From positions 1,116,001 through 1,180,000 of the forward strand of contig JAWMAR010000531.1 of the NCBI GenBank assembly GCA_036785375.1: a DNA stretch of 64,000 nt, read 5' to 3'. The notes under the pieces were generated by a model, which was given only the letters and a program-made list of their open reading frames with translations, searched no databases and was not told the origin of the DNA. Source of the DNA: Leucoraja ocellata (taxonomy: Eukaryota). The number at the start of each line of letters is the position of its first letter. Within the stretch, counting starts at the first letter, position 1. This document shows, in pieces, positions 39,460-52,849 of this stretch. The position numbers were made by a program, and so were the translations under genes.

Positions 39460-39755
39460 ACTTACCTGGCAGGGGAACGACCATGAGCAAAAAGGCAGTT
39501 CTGCCTGGATGAGTCTTTCCCATTGGATCCAATTTGAGATACCAGCTACCAAGACCGATGTGTTCAGCATTCTTCCCCTGCACAATTAAAGCATGGAATA
39601 GTCTTCACCCTACCATAGTTACCCAACCAGACGCAACTACATTTAAGGTAGCTCTTCTTCTCCAAGGGCCCTTTTTTGCTTAAGTCCACCCTCCGCCACC
39701 TCCAGTTTAAATTCCATTTGGAATATTTTGGAGAACCAAGAACCAAGAAGAAGAA
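39460..39755 (+). pseudogene. U1-LINE chimera, third copy
   Basis: Same sequence and flanks; has ACCATG as in canonical vertebrate U1. Confidence 0.75.
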
Positions 39756-41949
39756 CACATGACTCCCGGTGAAGCCTTGAACAACTTACTTATTCCTTCT
39801 TCTTATGTTCCCGGTTTGAATTTGGCAAAAGGGAGACATGTAACAATAATAATAAACCACAAACAAACATAGGATATTAGTTTTCTCCACACTGATCTCA
39901 CTGTCATCCACGTCTTTCTCCTTGGTGAATACAGATGCAGTACACATTCGCTTAACAATTACACTATATCCTTGATCAGGCCTACCATATCTCTTGGCAT
40001 CCTTCTTGTTTTTAACATATGTACAAAAAGCCGCAGGATTTTCTGAAACCCAACTCATCAATTATATTTCATGACCAGTTTGGCCCTACTAATCACCCGG
40101 TTCAGCTCTTTGCTACTTGCCATTCCTCACAATCCCCGTATGATGCCACTTTGTTAAATCTGTCATAGCTTCCGTTTTGTTTCTGAAAAGGTTTATAACC
40201 TCCATGGTCATTCACGGGTCCCTTACCATGCCATCGTTATCTATCCTCCTTACTGGAACATGCTGATCCTGTACTTTGGTTAAATAACTCCCATATGATA
40301 GCTGTGAACATACTCAATAACAACTGCTCCCAAGCTCCTGCCTAATGACATTTTAATCTGTTTTGCTTCAGTGAAGATCCAGACCAATACTGATTCAAAC
40401 AAATATTAAACCTTGTAACTTACAAAATTCTTAAGAGGTTGGACAGGATAGATGCTGGAAGATTGTTCCCGATGATGGGGAGTCCAGAAAAAGGGGTCAC
40501 AGTTTAAGGATAAAGGGGAAATCTTTCAGGACTGTGATGAGAAAAACATTTTTTACACAGAGAGTGGTGAATCTCTGCCACAGAATGTAGTTGAGGCCAG
40601 TTCATTGGCTATATTTAAGAAGGAGTTAGATGTGGCCCTTGTGGCTAAAGGGATCAGGGGGTATGGAGAGAAGGCAGGTGCAGGATACTGAGTTGGATGG
40701 TCAGCCATGATCATATTGAATGGCGGTGCAGGCTCAAAGAGCCGATTGGCCTACTCCTGCACCTATTTTCTATGTTTCTATGTTTCTATGTAAAGTTGTG
40801 GTCACTATTGCCAAATGCTCTTACATGGAAACATAGAAACATAGAAAATAGGTGCAGGAGTAGGCCACTATTCCAGCATACCACCAGTCACCTGGCCAAG
40901 TTCATTTCCCAACACAATGTCCAGTATCATCCCTCCTGGATTCAGACTACCCAAGCACCGTTTAAGCAAAATTTCCTGGATATACTTCATAAATTCTGCC
41001 TCATTTAACCCCCATCCACTGAACATAAAACCGTCAATGTTGGGGAAGTTAACGATACCCAATACAGCAACACTGTAGTTCTGTTTACATCTCCGATCCA
41101 TCTCCCGCTGCTTATTGGGTGTCCCATAATATAATCCCATTAGAGAGACTGTTCCTTTCTTATTTTTATGCACACCCCATATGCCTCAATAGATGTACCC
41201 TCCAGTTATGTCCCCTCTGAGTACCACCATCTTAAATATCGAAGTCCTGATACATTGAACTGCCAGTCATGTCTCTCCAACAAACAAGTTTCCATAATGG
41301 CCACAACTTTATTACTCCAAGCACTGATCTCGACTATCTACGTTCATTTTGCTTTATCCACAATAATCCCTGCACTGAAGTAAACATTTCATCCTCTAAT
41401 TGCCACATAACCATGAACCACTCCCTGCTCATCTTTCCTTTGAGCATTACTTGTTATAACCTCCACTTCTTGTCAGCCTTTCCATTTGCAAACTTGCTCC
41501 TTTCGTTCCCATTCTCTGTCCATTCCATTTTAAATTATCCAGAGTAGTACGAGCAAACTTCACCGCAAGGATGTTGGTGTCCCTTCAGTTCAAGTGCAAC
41601 CTGTCCCTCTTGTGCAGGTCGCCTTTACGGCAATAGAAATCTCAATGGTCTACAATCTGAATCCTTTCACCTGCACCAACTCCTCAGTCGTGCATTCATC
41701 TGTCCTATCCTCCTATTGCTACCCTCACTAACGTGGTAACTGTAGTAATCTAGAGATTACCACCCACCAGGTGGGAATTTTAACCTTTTACCTAACTCTC
41801 CATAGACACTCCGTTGGACCACATTGCCCTTCGTTATATTTTGCTGAACTCCCTATATTCTCTCCACAGGACCCATTCCCTTTTCCTAACTTTTTTCCCA
41901 AATCTTTTTACTCCTCTTTAGGACCTCATCCAGTTTTCTACATATGTGT

Positions 41950-44610
41950 TTGAGTAAATGAAGCTCACTAATACAAGATATAAGTATGGTGTTCGCTTCA
42001 TCTGTAAAAATGAGCAAACTATGAGGGCTGATTCCATGGCTAAGAAGCTGCTACGTAACAATGATACTGATTTTTGGAAAGAGCTCTTAACAGTTGTAAA
42101 ACATCTCTACCATGCACTGTAGATGGAATCTCCAGGACAGCTAATATCGCGGACTTATGGCGACAACATTATAGCACTTTATTCAACTGTGTCCAAGATG
42201 ATTTGTATAGGGTGGACAATATTGAGAGTAATTACTCAGTGGTGATGTCACATGAGGTGTATCTTGTCATGAACAAGCTGTCCAACAACAAAGCAAGTGG
42301 CTTGGATCATATTTCTGCTGAACATCTTAAGTATGCGAGTATGAGGATAGCTCCTCTCCTTGCTATTTGTCTTACTGGCTTTATGATTCATGGCTTGTTA
42401 CCAGCCTCAATGTTGCCTGTTCTGCTACTGCCGGTCATTAAGGACAAAGCTGGTAAAATAGGCAGCCTAAATAATTACAGGCCCATAGCTTTAGCCAGCA
42501 TATTGTCAAAGGTCTTAGAAAGAATACTGCCGGATAGAGTAAATGAGTTTGTTAACTCCACAGATAACCAGTTTGGTTTTAACGCTAAACATGGCACTGA
42601 CTTGTGCATATATGACCTAAAGGAGATTGCAAACAAATATAGAGGCAAAAACGTCAATTCTTATGTGTTTTATTGATGCTTCCAAAGCTTTTGATCATGT
42701 TAATCATAGAAAGCTGTTTGTTAAAATGAGTCAGAGGGCGGTGCCTATATACATTGTGATAATTCTGGTTTACTGTTATGTGCACCAGATTATGCAAATA
42801 AAATGGGGCAATAGGGTCCCACCCTCATTTAGGGTTGCCAATGGTGTTAGACAAGGGGGAATTTTCTCCCCAGTCCTTTTTAATCTTTATATTGATGATC
42901 TGTCCAAGCAATTGAAAGCCTGTAATACTGGGTGCATGATTGGTAATATTTTAGTGAACCATATTATGTATGCAGATAATCTTGTGGTCTTTAGTCCATC
43001 TAGCGCTGGTCTGCAGCAGCTCCGTACTTAATGTTCTGTGTATGGTGTGGAACATGATATTAAATGTAACGCTTGTAAGATTGCTGTTATGATCTGTAGA
43101 ACCAAAGGGGATAAATGTCTAACATTTCCTGATTATAAATTGTCTGACAATAATCTTAGTGTCTGTAATAAGGATTTATGGATTTATGAAAGTAAATCAT
43201 GTCTGACGAACCTTATAGAATTTTTCGAGGATGTAACTAGTAGAGTGGATAAGGGAGAACCAGTGGATGTGTTATATTTGGACTTTCAGAAGGCTTTCGA
43301 CAAGATCCCACATAAGAGATTAGTATACAAACTTAAGGCACACTGTATTGGGGGTTCAGTATTGATGTGGATAGAGAACTGGCTGGCAGATAGGAAGCAA
43401 AAAGTAGGAGTAAACGGATCCTTTTCACAATGGCAGGCAGTGACTAGTGGGGTACCGCAAGGCTCAGTGCTGGAACCCCAGCTATTTACGATATATACAG
43501 TATTAATCATTTGGACGAGGGAATTGAATGCAACATCTCCAAGTTTGCGGATGACACGAAGCTGGGGGGCAGTGTTAGCTGTGAGGAGGATGCTAGGAGG
43601 CTGCAAGGTGGGGGAATCGTATAGAAACTTACAAAATTCTTAAGTGGTTGGCCAGGCTAGATGCTGAAAGATTGTTCCCGATCTTGGGGAAGTCCAGAAC
43701 AAGGGGTCATAGTTTAAGGATTAGGGGGAAATATTTTAGGACGGAGATGAGGAAAACATTTTTCACACAGAGAGTGGTGAATCTCTGGAATTTTCTGCCA
43801 CAGAAGGTAGTTGAGGCCAGTTCATTGGCTATATTTAAGAGAGAGTTAGATGTGGCCCTTGTGGCTAAAGGGATCAGGGGGTATGGAGAGAAGGCAGGTA
43901 CAGGATACTGAGTTGGATGATCAGCCATGATCATATTGAATGGCGGTGCAGGCTCGACGGGCCAAATGGCCTACTCCTGCACCTATTTTCGATGTTTCTA
44001 TGTTTCTATTATAATTTTTATAGGCAACGACTATGCTGTATGTACAGGCGAATATTCTCTTGCATAAGTTTGGTGCGTGTACAGATGTGGTGAAGATGTC
44101 GCTGTTTAGAGCATACTGCACACCACTCTATACTGCACACCTGTGGTTGAACTACTGAAAGACAAGTTTGCAGAGAGTAAAGGTGGCCTATAATAATGCC
44201 ATGAGAATACTGCTGAGGAAACCTAGATGGTGTAGTGCTAGTAACATGTTTGTGGCTGCAGGACCTATCCTAAGAAATCATATGTATAAATTAATTGGCA
44301 GGATAAATGACTTGAAAATGTAATTATCGTGGCTTTGTCAAACATAATGTTTAGCTCTACACGTGACGAATCCCACTTGTGGAGACACTGGTATCGCTGT
44401 CTCGTTGTTGGACATTGATCATTTTATTCGGGATTTTAAATCATGTATTGTGTTTTTTTTATATATAATGTATGATGCTATTATGTGGCATACTAAGATT
44501 TTATATGTATTTTATGTTTTTTATATGCAATGTATTTTTATGTAATGTTGTCCCTTGTCTGGACCTTGAGTCCGAAATAAAGTTTATTATTATTATTATT
44601 ATTATTATTA
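41950..44610 (+). mobile_element. RTE-X-like LINE with nested CR1 (~43172-44008)
   Basis: Homologous to 26351-29710 with different internal deletions. Confidence 0.75.
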
Positions 44611-47600
44611 TATCATTTGTGCTGACATGCAAAACGACTTCTGTCTGTCCACCCACCACTTTAAAAATGATCTGCAGCCGCTCGAGGACATCCTAGATCC
44701 TTGCACCAGAGAGGCAACAGTCCATCCATGAGGCCTATTTGCTCCTGTCCACCTCACCAATGTATTTATCACAATCACTCTGTCTAACTTCATACCGCTG
44801 CACATCAGAGACAGGCCCAGTGCCACAGACCTGACTGCTGCTGCTGTCCCCTCAACAGTTGCAAAAGAACATAGCAGTTTTGCAGGGGGAATGTCTACGG
44901 GGGATTCCTGAACCCTCTACCTATTCCCTTTGCTGGTTGTCACCCATCTATTCCGTGTCCTCACCACAGGTATGAGCACCTCACTATGACTTGCTCACTG
45001 TCTGGACGAACACGAGGTCATCCAATTGCAACTGCAGATCACTAATCTTTCAGGAGCTGCACCTGGACACACCTCCTGTAGATGTAATGTTCAGAGACGC
45101 TACGTCTTCTTCAGTCCCAACATCCCACAGGCTGAGCATACAAGCCTCCATCTCTATCACACCAAGACCAGGTTGTGCTGCAAAGCAAACATCAAGTGAC
45201 AGACCAAACCTTATCCTCCGGTAACCCTCACAGAAGCCTCTTGAGCTTAAGCCTCAATAAACCAATCTCAATATGGCCGCTCCACTTAAGTTTACCTTCA
45301 GTTTATTGACTGTTATTTAGCCAAATAACCAAGCTGTGACACTTGCCCGCAAATAACGATAGAGATATTTCTCGATAGAGAAGATTAACCAATATTCAGA
45401 TAAGCATAACTCTGAAAAGAACTATATTCTGGACTATAGTGACTTTATGTGGAACACAACTGAAGGGATGGTCGAATTCTCTGTGGCAAAATAAAAACTA
45501 TCAACAGAACAATCAATGGTATGAATAAAGGAATATGACTGTGTTGCTACATCAGAGATCAGATCATATGGAATTCAAATATATTGTAAGGAACCCGAAG
45601 CTGAGGTTGAGAACACACGCACTTACTTGCAATACGACAGTGGTAGTCCTTACAAATCAGAACCAGACCCAATTCTGCCTACTCTCTGTTTCATGATAGC
45701 TAGCATTCGATTTACGATAGCATATGGCCTCTAGTACATGCATCGTTTTCCGTCTTTGGACAATACACTTAAAAGAAATACTACTTCGCCAAAATACCTC
45801 TAATGTCATTTGTGATCACAGGCCTGTGAAAGGAATATGCGTGGTAGATAAAATAATAGCTAGGAGTGCTTTCTGTGCCAGTGCTAGACACACTGACAAT
45901 AAATGAAGCCGGGTAAGAGGATGAAGCATCAGTGGGCTGAAATTTGAGGGTCCGAAACCATTGCATTTTACCCTTAAAGTATGCATAGGAAGGGGTAAGA
46001 AGAGTCCCGAAATTAGGTTTCTGAATTGCAAGAAGGTCGATTTCAATAGCTTTGTAAGATGTAAATTCTGGAATGGTATTCCTAGTGGTTTGGAGCTGTA
46101 TCTTCGCCAAAAGGACTACTAAAAGATTACTTTCTTCTGGATGTAGTTCAACTACCTGCTTGTTGTTTTACCTGCATGGCGAATTGTCCAATGTATCCAG
46201 TTTATGTAAAGCGTTCATGTGCAGAGATCAGAGGATAACTTAGCAAAGGCAACGCACATTGGTAATAGGCTCGGTACGGGTGTCATGGTTGCGTACTGAA
46301 ACATATTCTGATCTCATCATTGCAACTAAAATATTGTTAATGCCAGTGAAATGGTGCATAATCACGCCACGGTATCACAGGAATGATTCCCCTGTTCCAA
46401 CAGAGATAGCATTTCCGAAATACCGAAGAGTAGAACAATTTCGGAAACAATGTTTGAGACATTGATGCCTTTGCTTGACCTGTTTGCATGTCATCGATCT
46501 GAGGACTTTTATGAGATGCGAGTATTAACTGTCCAGACACATCAGCAGAACAGCCCGGTCTCCTTTGATTAATTACCAGCGAAATCGTTAGTCCAAATAT
46601 CAACATTTTTAAAATGTAGACTGTTTTTTGACTGTATTTTCTTGTTCATCGCCGTTAGCACTGATTCGCCCGGTGTTACTACCCTGCAGGGATAATCCAC
46701 AAAGCGAAAGGAGCGCTGCCGCGACAACTAGCGCGATTGGGTTGCGATATAAAATCTGCGTACATTGGATCAGGTATAAGGCAACGCTGGTTGCATGTAA
46801 ATATAATTTCATATGTCAGATGAAGTTGGACAGAATTAATATCATAGCAACGCAAGCACTTGCAGACATCGAGGTCTTTCATATATAAAACTCGCCAGCA
46901 GCTACCAACATGTCGATTAAACATGTTTCTCAATTTATTTTCTCAAATAAGTCAATTACCCGTGCTAAGCAAGTGAACATGTGTGCTGCTAGCAAGCATG
47001 CTTTCCAGAATTACAGCGGTGTTGACGGGGCATTGACACCCAAATCTGCAAATTCGTAACTAATTTTGAAGACAATTGTTTCTTCACATTGCGCTTTGAA
47101 AGATTTCCTACACACCATCTTCACCAGAATATTTACCAGTTTCAAATAAAATGTGTGTGTGCAATTAAAAGGGTGAAGATACATGTCGCGTACAGTAGTG
47201 CGAGACCATGAGATCGGATTCTTCAGCCCCTGTTGGAATGTATCCCTTCATTTTTCAAGAGTGAATGAGCAGTCGCCAGAAATTATGATGAGGTTATTCG
47301 ATTAATTTATTTGAAGGCGCATGCCGTGCAACTGCACAGCAAAAGATTCAGAATAAATGAAAAGGAATAATTCAACACCTCCTTACAAACGAAACAAAGT
47401 ATCTTATGTGATTGAGTCTATATTAAATCGGCCCGAGGTACAAATGTACCGAGATAAATTGTACCGAGATATTCGACACCAAATCTTTATTTACTTTGGA
47501 AATAATTTCACACAGGACGAATCTGGCAACTTCTGATTGGCGCAACACGCATTCTGATTTGACTGTTGAAGGATAGATAAGGAACTCGAGGTGACGCATT

Positions 47601-47678
47601 GTCACACGGTTCATAAGCGACCAGGAGTGAAACACTGAGGAGCCACTTCACATGGCGTTCTCCGCTCAATTCATTACA

Positions 47679-47727
47679 ATGTCTTGCTGGATCTCTCTAG
47701 TCTATGCGTTAGCGTTTTCCGCAGCTT
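47679..47727 (+). CDS. Ig light chain cluster 4, leader exon
   Basis: MSCWISLVYALAFSAA, donor GTGAGT at 47728. Confidence 0.9.
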
Positions 47728-47852
47728 GTGAGTATTTACTTCAACCGACATGATATTTAATCTCGAGTACGATTAAACCTTTTTATCCGTGATAATTCTA
47801 CTGTTTATCTGATATTAGTTAATATTCTACTTTTATCTGGTTTGTTTTCCAG

Positions 47853-48197
47853 ATATAAATGCGCAATTTGCACTAAATCAGCCGTCTTCAAAATCCACAT
47901 CTCTGGGACAGAATGTGGAAATAGCCTGTACCATGTCTGGCGGCAGTTTAGGTAGCAGTGTTCTTGCCTGGTACCAGCAGATTCCAGGAACGGTCCCGCG
48001 ATATTTGTTCTACTATTACTCGGGCAGCAGCATTAATAGAGGCTCGGGAGTTTCTGAACGTTTCTCCGGATCAGTGTCAGGCAACACTGCAACATTGACA
48101 ATATCGAGCGTGCAGTCGGGAGACGCTGCTGACTACTACTGTGCTGTGTGGAAAGATGCTGTAATCTTCGGCAAAGGAACGAGGTTGGGTATTGGCA
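47853..48197 (+). CDS. Ig light chain cluster 4, germline-joined VJ exon
   Basis: QFALNQP...C...WYQQ...YYC-AVWKDAVI-FGKG; splice sites intact. Confidence 0.95.
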
Positions 48198-48805
48198 GTA
48201 AGTAAACTACCTTCTATCTTTGCGTAGACACGAAAAGCTGGAGTAACGCAGCGACAGAGGCAGCATCTCTGGAGAGAAGGAAAGGGTTTTAGGAAGGAAC
48301 GGCAGATGTTGGTTTAAAACGAAGATAGGCACAACAAGCTGAACAGGCAGCATCTCTGTAGGGTATGAATGGGTCTGCAGTTCCTTCCTGCATAGTCGGT
48401 CTTTGGGTTAATGATATATAACAGTGAAAAGTAATTGGTTTTCTGTCGCTAATCGAAGGTTCCACGGAAAAGCTTTTAACGCTATTATCTATGTTCAGCG
48501 TTCGACTAAAGTCGAGTTTCCTTTGGCAAATTATTAGACGTAGCTCTATCAAAGGGCTTGATGCTATGACTGCTGTTTGTATTTTTTACACTAAATAGCT
48601 AAAATAAAAGGTATTTAAAGCCGCTATGTTTTAAATTTTCGGCCACGATCGAGTCTTTTTTGACAAATTAGTTGACAACAGCAATGAAAGGACGAAACGG
48701 CTGTCCAGATGTTTTTGTTTATTCTTAATTACTTTGCTGACGGCAAGTTGACAATTATCAAACCTGGATAAGAATTAGACAAGAGTAAGGTAACGGTAAA
48801 TAACT

Positions 48806-48807
<2 letters not shown>

Positions 48808-48839
<32 letters not shown>
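48808..48839. repeat. Poly-G tract (~32 G) in the cluster 4 J-C intron
   Basis: Directly visible. Confidence 0.85.
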
Positions 48840-48841
<2 letters not shown>

Positions 48842-49630
48842 AGGAACTGCAGATGCTGGTTTCCAAAAAAAGACACAAAGCTCTGGGGTGACTCAGCGGG
48901 CAGGGCAGCATCTCTGGTGAACATGGATAGGTGACTTTCGGTTCGGGTCCCTTCTTCAAATCAGTTTTGTTCCATGCGACATCATATAACGCATTTTGCT
49001 GTTGTGCCATTAAGCGAAAGGAATAATATTCGCTATTCAACCTCGGAAATCTGAGCCGAATTATGACTTCAAAGAGAAGAGACTGGTCCAGAAAAAACAA
49101 ACATATACGTTTCAGCATTAATGTAAATCATATCAACGACTATTTAACATGCGAGAAATGGTAAATTTAACGTGGCTGCAACTCTAGTCTGTTCATTGAT
49201 GGTTAAAACGACAAAATATTCTTGTCGCTAAAATCCAACCATTAGTAACATTTCGGCATCTGGTCTTAATAAATGAACAGATGAATTAAGGGAAGGTATT
49301 TAAACAGAACTAAAGTTTTAAGCGCGTTTAGTGGAACTTTGGCAGCAATGAAAACCCGCAACTGGCTGTCGGGTAAAACGCTGGGTTTTTTAATTGTAGC
49401 TGGAGCCAACGAAAATAATACTCTGGAGATCAATTAAAAACACTGCCGAAATAATATATTTTACGCTGCTGCGCATATTCTGTCCCATTGCCATAAATAG
49501 CAGTTATTGTTTGGAGATCTCACTTCGAACGAATGAATCCATGTTATACCAACTGTATTTTTAACAAAGATAATGTTTTAACCGAAGCAGTTCTGCCAGC
49601 CCTACTAATCTGTGACTTTATTTTAAATAG

Positions 49631-49953
49631 ATCCTCAGCCCCCCGCGGTGTCCGTGCTTGGACCTTCAGCGCAAGAATTGACGGGAAAGGGAACGGCCAC
49701 GCTGGTGTGTTTGGTGAACGGGTTTAATCCGGGCGCAGTGGAAATTGACTGGACCGTGGACGGCAGTGCGAGGAGTGATGGCGTTGAGACCAGCCGGATC
49801 CAACAGGAGGCGGACAACACGTTCAGTGCGAGCAGTTACCTGACTCTGCCAGCCACAGTGTGGAACGCACACGATCTTTACTCCTGTGTGGTTAAACACG
49901 AGTCGCAGGCAAGCCCGCTGCAGGCAAACATCGCCAGGTCCAGCTGTCTGTAA
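49631..49953 (+). CDS. Ig light chain cluster 4, C exon
   Basis: Open C1-set domain ending RSSCL*. Confidence 0.95.
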
Positions 49954-51432
49954 AACCTCTAGATTCCAACAAATCAAACTGACAAATATTGTTGCTCCGT
50001 CTTTCATTTGTCAAAAATTGATATAAAAATATTCTCTATTATCGACTTGCATTTGCGTTAAAATTGTCCTTTGTCTCGCTGTTTGTAAACGTCATTCAAT
50101 TGAAGCAACTCGTTGTGAATTGAAACTCCAATGTTATTCAATCTGTTAAATGCATTCCCAAATATTCATTAAAAGACAGTGGTCTAAAGATTACATTCAG
50201 GTTTGTTTTCTTTACCCACGTGACTAACATACAAATACAGCTCGCGACTAAAATCAATAATTCAATCTTAAGAGCGATACATGTGTTGGATTTTTATTTC
50301 TGATCAGAGAAAATCAAATGTATTTAATCAACCTTCATTATTTTACCTTATGGAAGAACCGATGATAAATGTGGCCGAACGTTATGTTATAAACTGGTGT
50401 GATGATAAATTGGTTCATAGAGCCGCGCGCGCGCACACGCACACACACGAACAAAATGGGGCGCTCATGTAGAAACGTATTCGAGGACAGACAGTAATCG
50501 TTATATGTGACCTTGCTAATACTATTCACTTAGCAATTCCAACCTATTTCATCTGTGAATTAACTGGGTGGGGCTGGTCGTGAGTGAGAGTAATATGGAA
50601 ACATAGAAACATAGAAAATAGGTGCAGGAATAGGCTGTTCGGCCCTTTGAGCATGCACCGCCATTCAATATGGTCATGGCTGATCATCCAACTCAGTATC
50701 CCATAAGGCCTTCTCTCCGTACCCCCTGATCCCTTTAGCCACAAGGGCCACATCTAACTCCCTCTTAAATATAGCCAATCAACTGGCCTCATTGCCTGGC
50801 AGAATATGGTCTTTCTGCCTTCATATAGGGCGCTAGCACACATGGAGTATCACATATAGTTTTACTTTCCTCGCCTAATAGAGGTACTGAAGTTCTTGGT
50901 TGGTTCCTGCTGAACTGATTAGCGGGATAAGTGCACGCTGCGTGGAACGACTGAGGAGTGTAGCCTACCTTCTCATCCACTCCCTACACAGTGGGGGCAA
51001 TTTTACAGAGGTCAATTAACCTAGAAACCCGCAATCTTTGGGATGTGGGAGGCAAACCACGGCACCACATGGGAAACGTGTAAACTCCTCACAGACAGCA
51101 TCGGAGCTCAGGATCGAACCCTGGTCTCTGGCGCTGTCGAGGCAGCTGCTCTACCAGGTGCGCCACTGTGCCGCCCCACAATATATAATATATCAGCCAC
51201 TGTAATATCTAAATCTCGTAGTGGTCTTGGCAGGAAAGGTGCAGACGTAATTTCTCCTGATTGATGAGTGCAAACTATAATTTTATATATTGCACCATAA
51301 TTTTATATATTTCTAGCAGGTCACCTCTCATCGTTAACGGTTACAGAGAAAACAACCCGAGCACTTCCATCTAGTATTGGGGCGAAGGAAATTATGGCAG
51401 TACCCGAAATGCAGCCTAGCAAAAGTCCTTTA

Positions 51433-51666
51433 CCCCTGTCCCACCTAGGAAACCTGAACGGAAACCTCTGGAGACTTTGTACCCCACCCAAGGTTTCCGT
51501 GCGGTTCCCGGAGGTTCCCTGAGGTTTTTGTCAGTCTCCCTACCCGCTTCCACTACCTGCAACCTCCGGCAACCACCTGCAACTTCTGGGAACCGCACGG
51601 AAACCTTGGGTGGGGCGCAAAGTCTCCGGAGGTTTCCGTTCAGGTTTCCTAAGTGGGACAGGGGCA
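51433..51666. mobile_element. Palindromic MITE, unit 4 copy
   Basis: Same TIRs and flanks as 8851-9084. Confidence 0.8.
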
Positions 51667-52849
51667 TAAAGTAGCATCATGACTCGCCTGCCCTTATCCT
51701 GAATGCCCTGCTCAATGAAGCAAAACATAAAATATGCCTCCTCACCACTCTATATAGTAGTGTTGCCACTGAGGGAGATATAGACTTGGTTCCCAAAATT
51801 CCTCTGTACTTCAATACTGTTGTTATTAATCGAAAGTAGATACAAAAATGCTGGAGTAAGTCAGCGGGTCAGGCAGCGTCTCGTATATTTCCCCTCATAA
51901 TCGACCCCTCCCCCAGCAGTTCAATGCTCTGGTTAATCTGCATCTATCATTTCATCTCTCATTTTTATACCTATCCTGCTGTTTACTTTGACAGCCTTCC
52001 TCACTGTCAGCAACCCAAACAATCTAGCTGTCATCTGTAAACGTATTAACTACTAGAGAAGGTGCAGAGATCTTTGTCATGGCTCCTGCAATCTCGTCTG
52101 TTGTGTCTCTCAATAATCTGTCCATTCATGCACACTGCCCCTCAAGACACCCAACACCTACTTCTTAATCACACAGTGCCCTTGCATATTAATATTCGCC
52201 ACATTGATCTCACTCTCCTTGTCTTCTCCTTGATGAAAAGACGTACAACGACTATATGTTGGTTCACTCTCCCGCGCGCGCACACACGCACACACTCACA
52301 CTAATACAATAGCGCGCTCATGCACAAACCCATCCGAGAGTGACCACTAACCGTTGCATAAGATCCTTCTAATCACTTGGGAATCCGATCAATTTCATCT
52401 TGAAGTGAAATGGGTGGGGCTGGTATTGAGTGAGAGTAATGGGAGGCAACCGGGGAGCCCGGAGAAACCCATATTGTCACGTGGAGAATGTGCAAACTCC
52501 CAGCCTTGGTCAGGATCGAACCCTGGTCTCTAGAGTTGTGAGGCAGCAGCTCCACTCCACACAGGTGCGCCGCTGTGGCACCCTACAATATATAGTATAT
52601 ATGCCTCTGTAAAATTCTTAGTGGTATTAGCAGAACATTTGCAGACGGTGTTTGACCTGATTAGTGTGTGCAAGACTGAAGTTTGCAGTCTTCATAAAAC
52701 GTAGAACGTAGAACAATACAGCAAACGAACAAGCCCTTCGGCCCACAATTTCTCTGCAGACATGAAGCCAAAACCAAACCTGATTTGCATGCACATGATC
52801 CGTATCCCTGCATTCTTTATATATACTCACCAGCACCTCTCACATTAAA

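Larger units (their letters stand above)
982..52250 (+). repeat. Tandem segmental duplication, four ~13-15 kb units each with one IgL cluster
   Basis: Leader ATGs at 4974, 17951, 32312, 47679 (spacings 12977, 14361, 15367). Flanks, introns and TE insertions are collinear and near-identical apart from indels. Confidence 0.95.
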
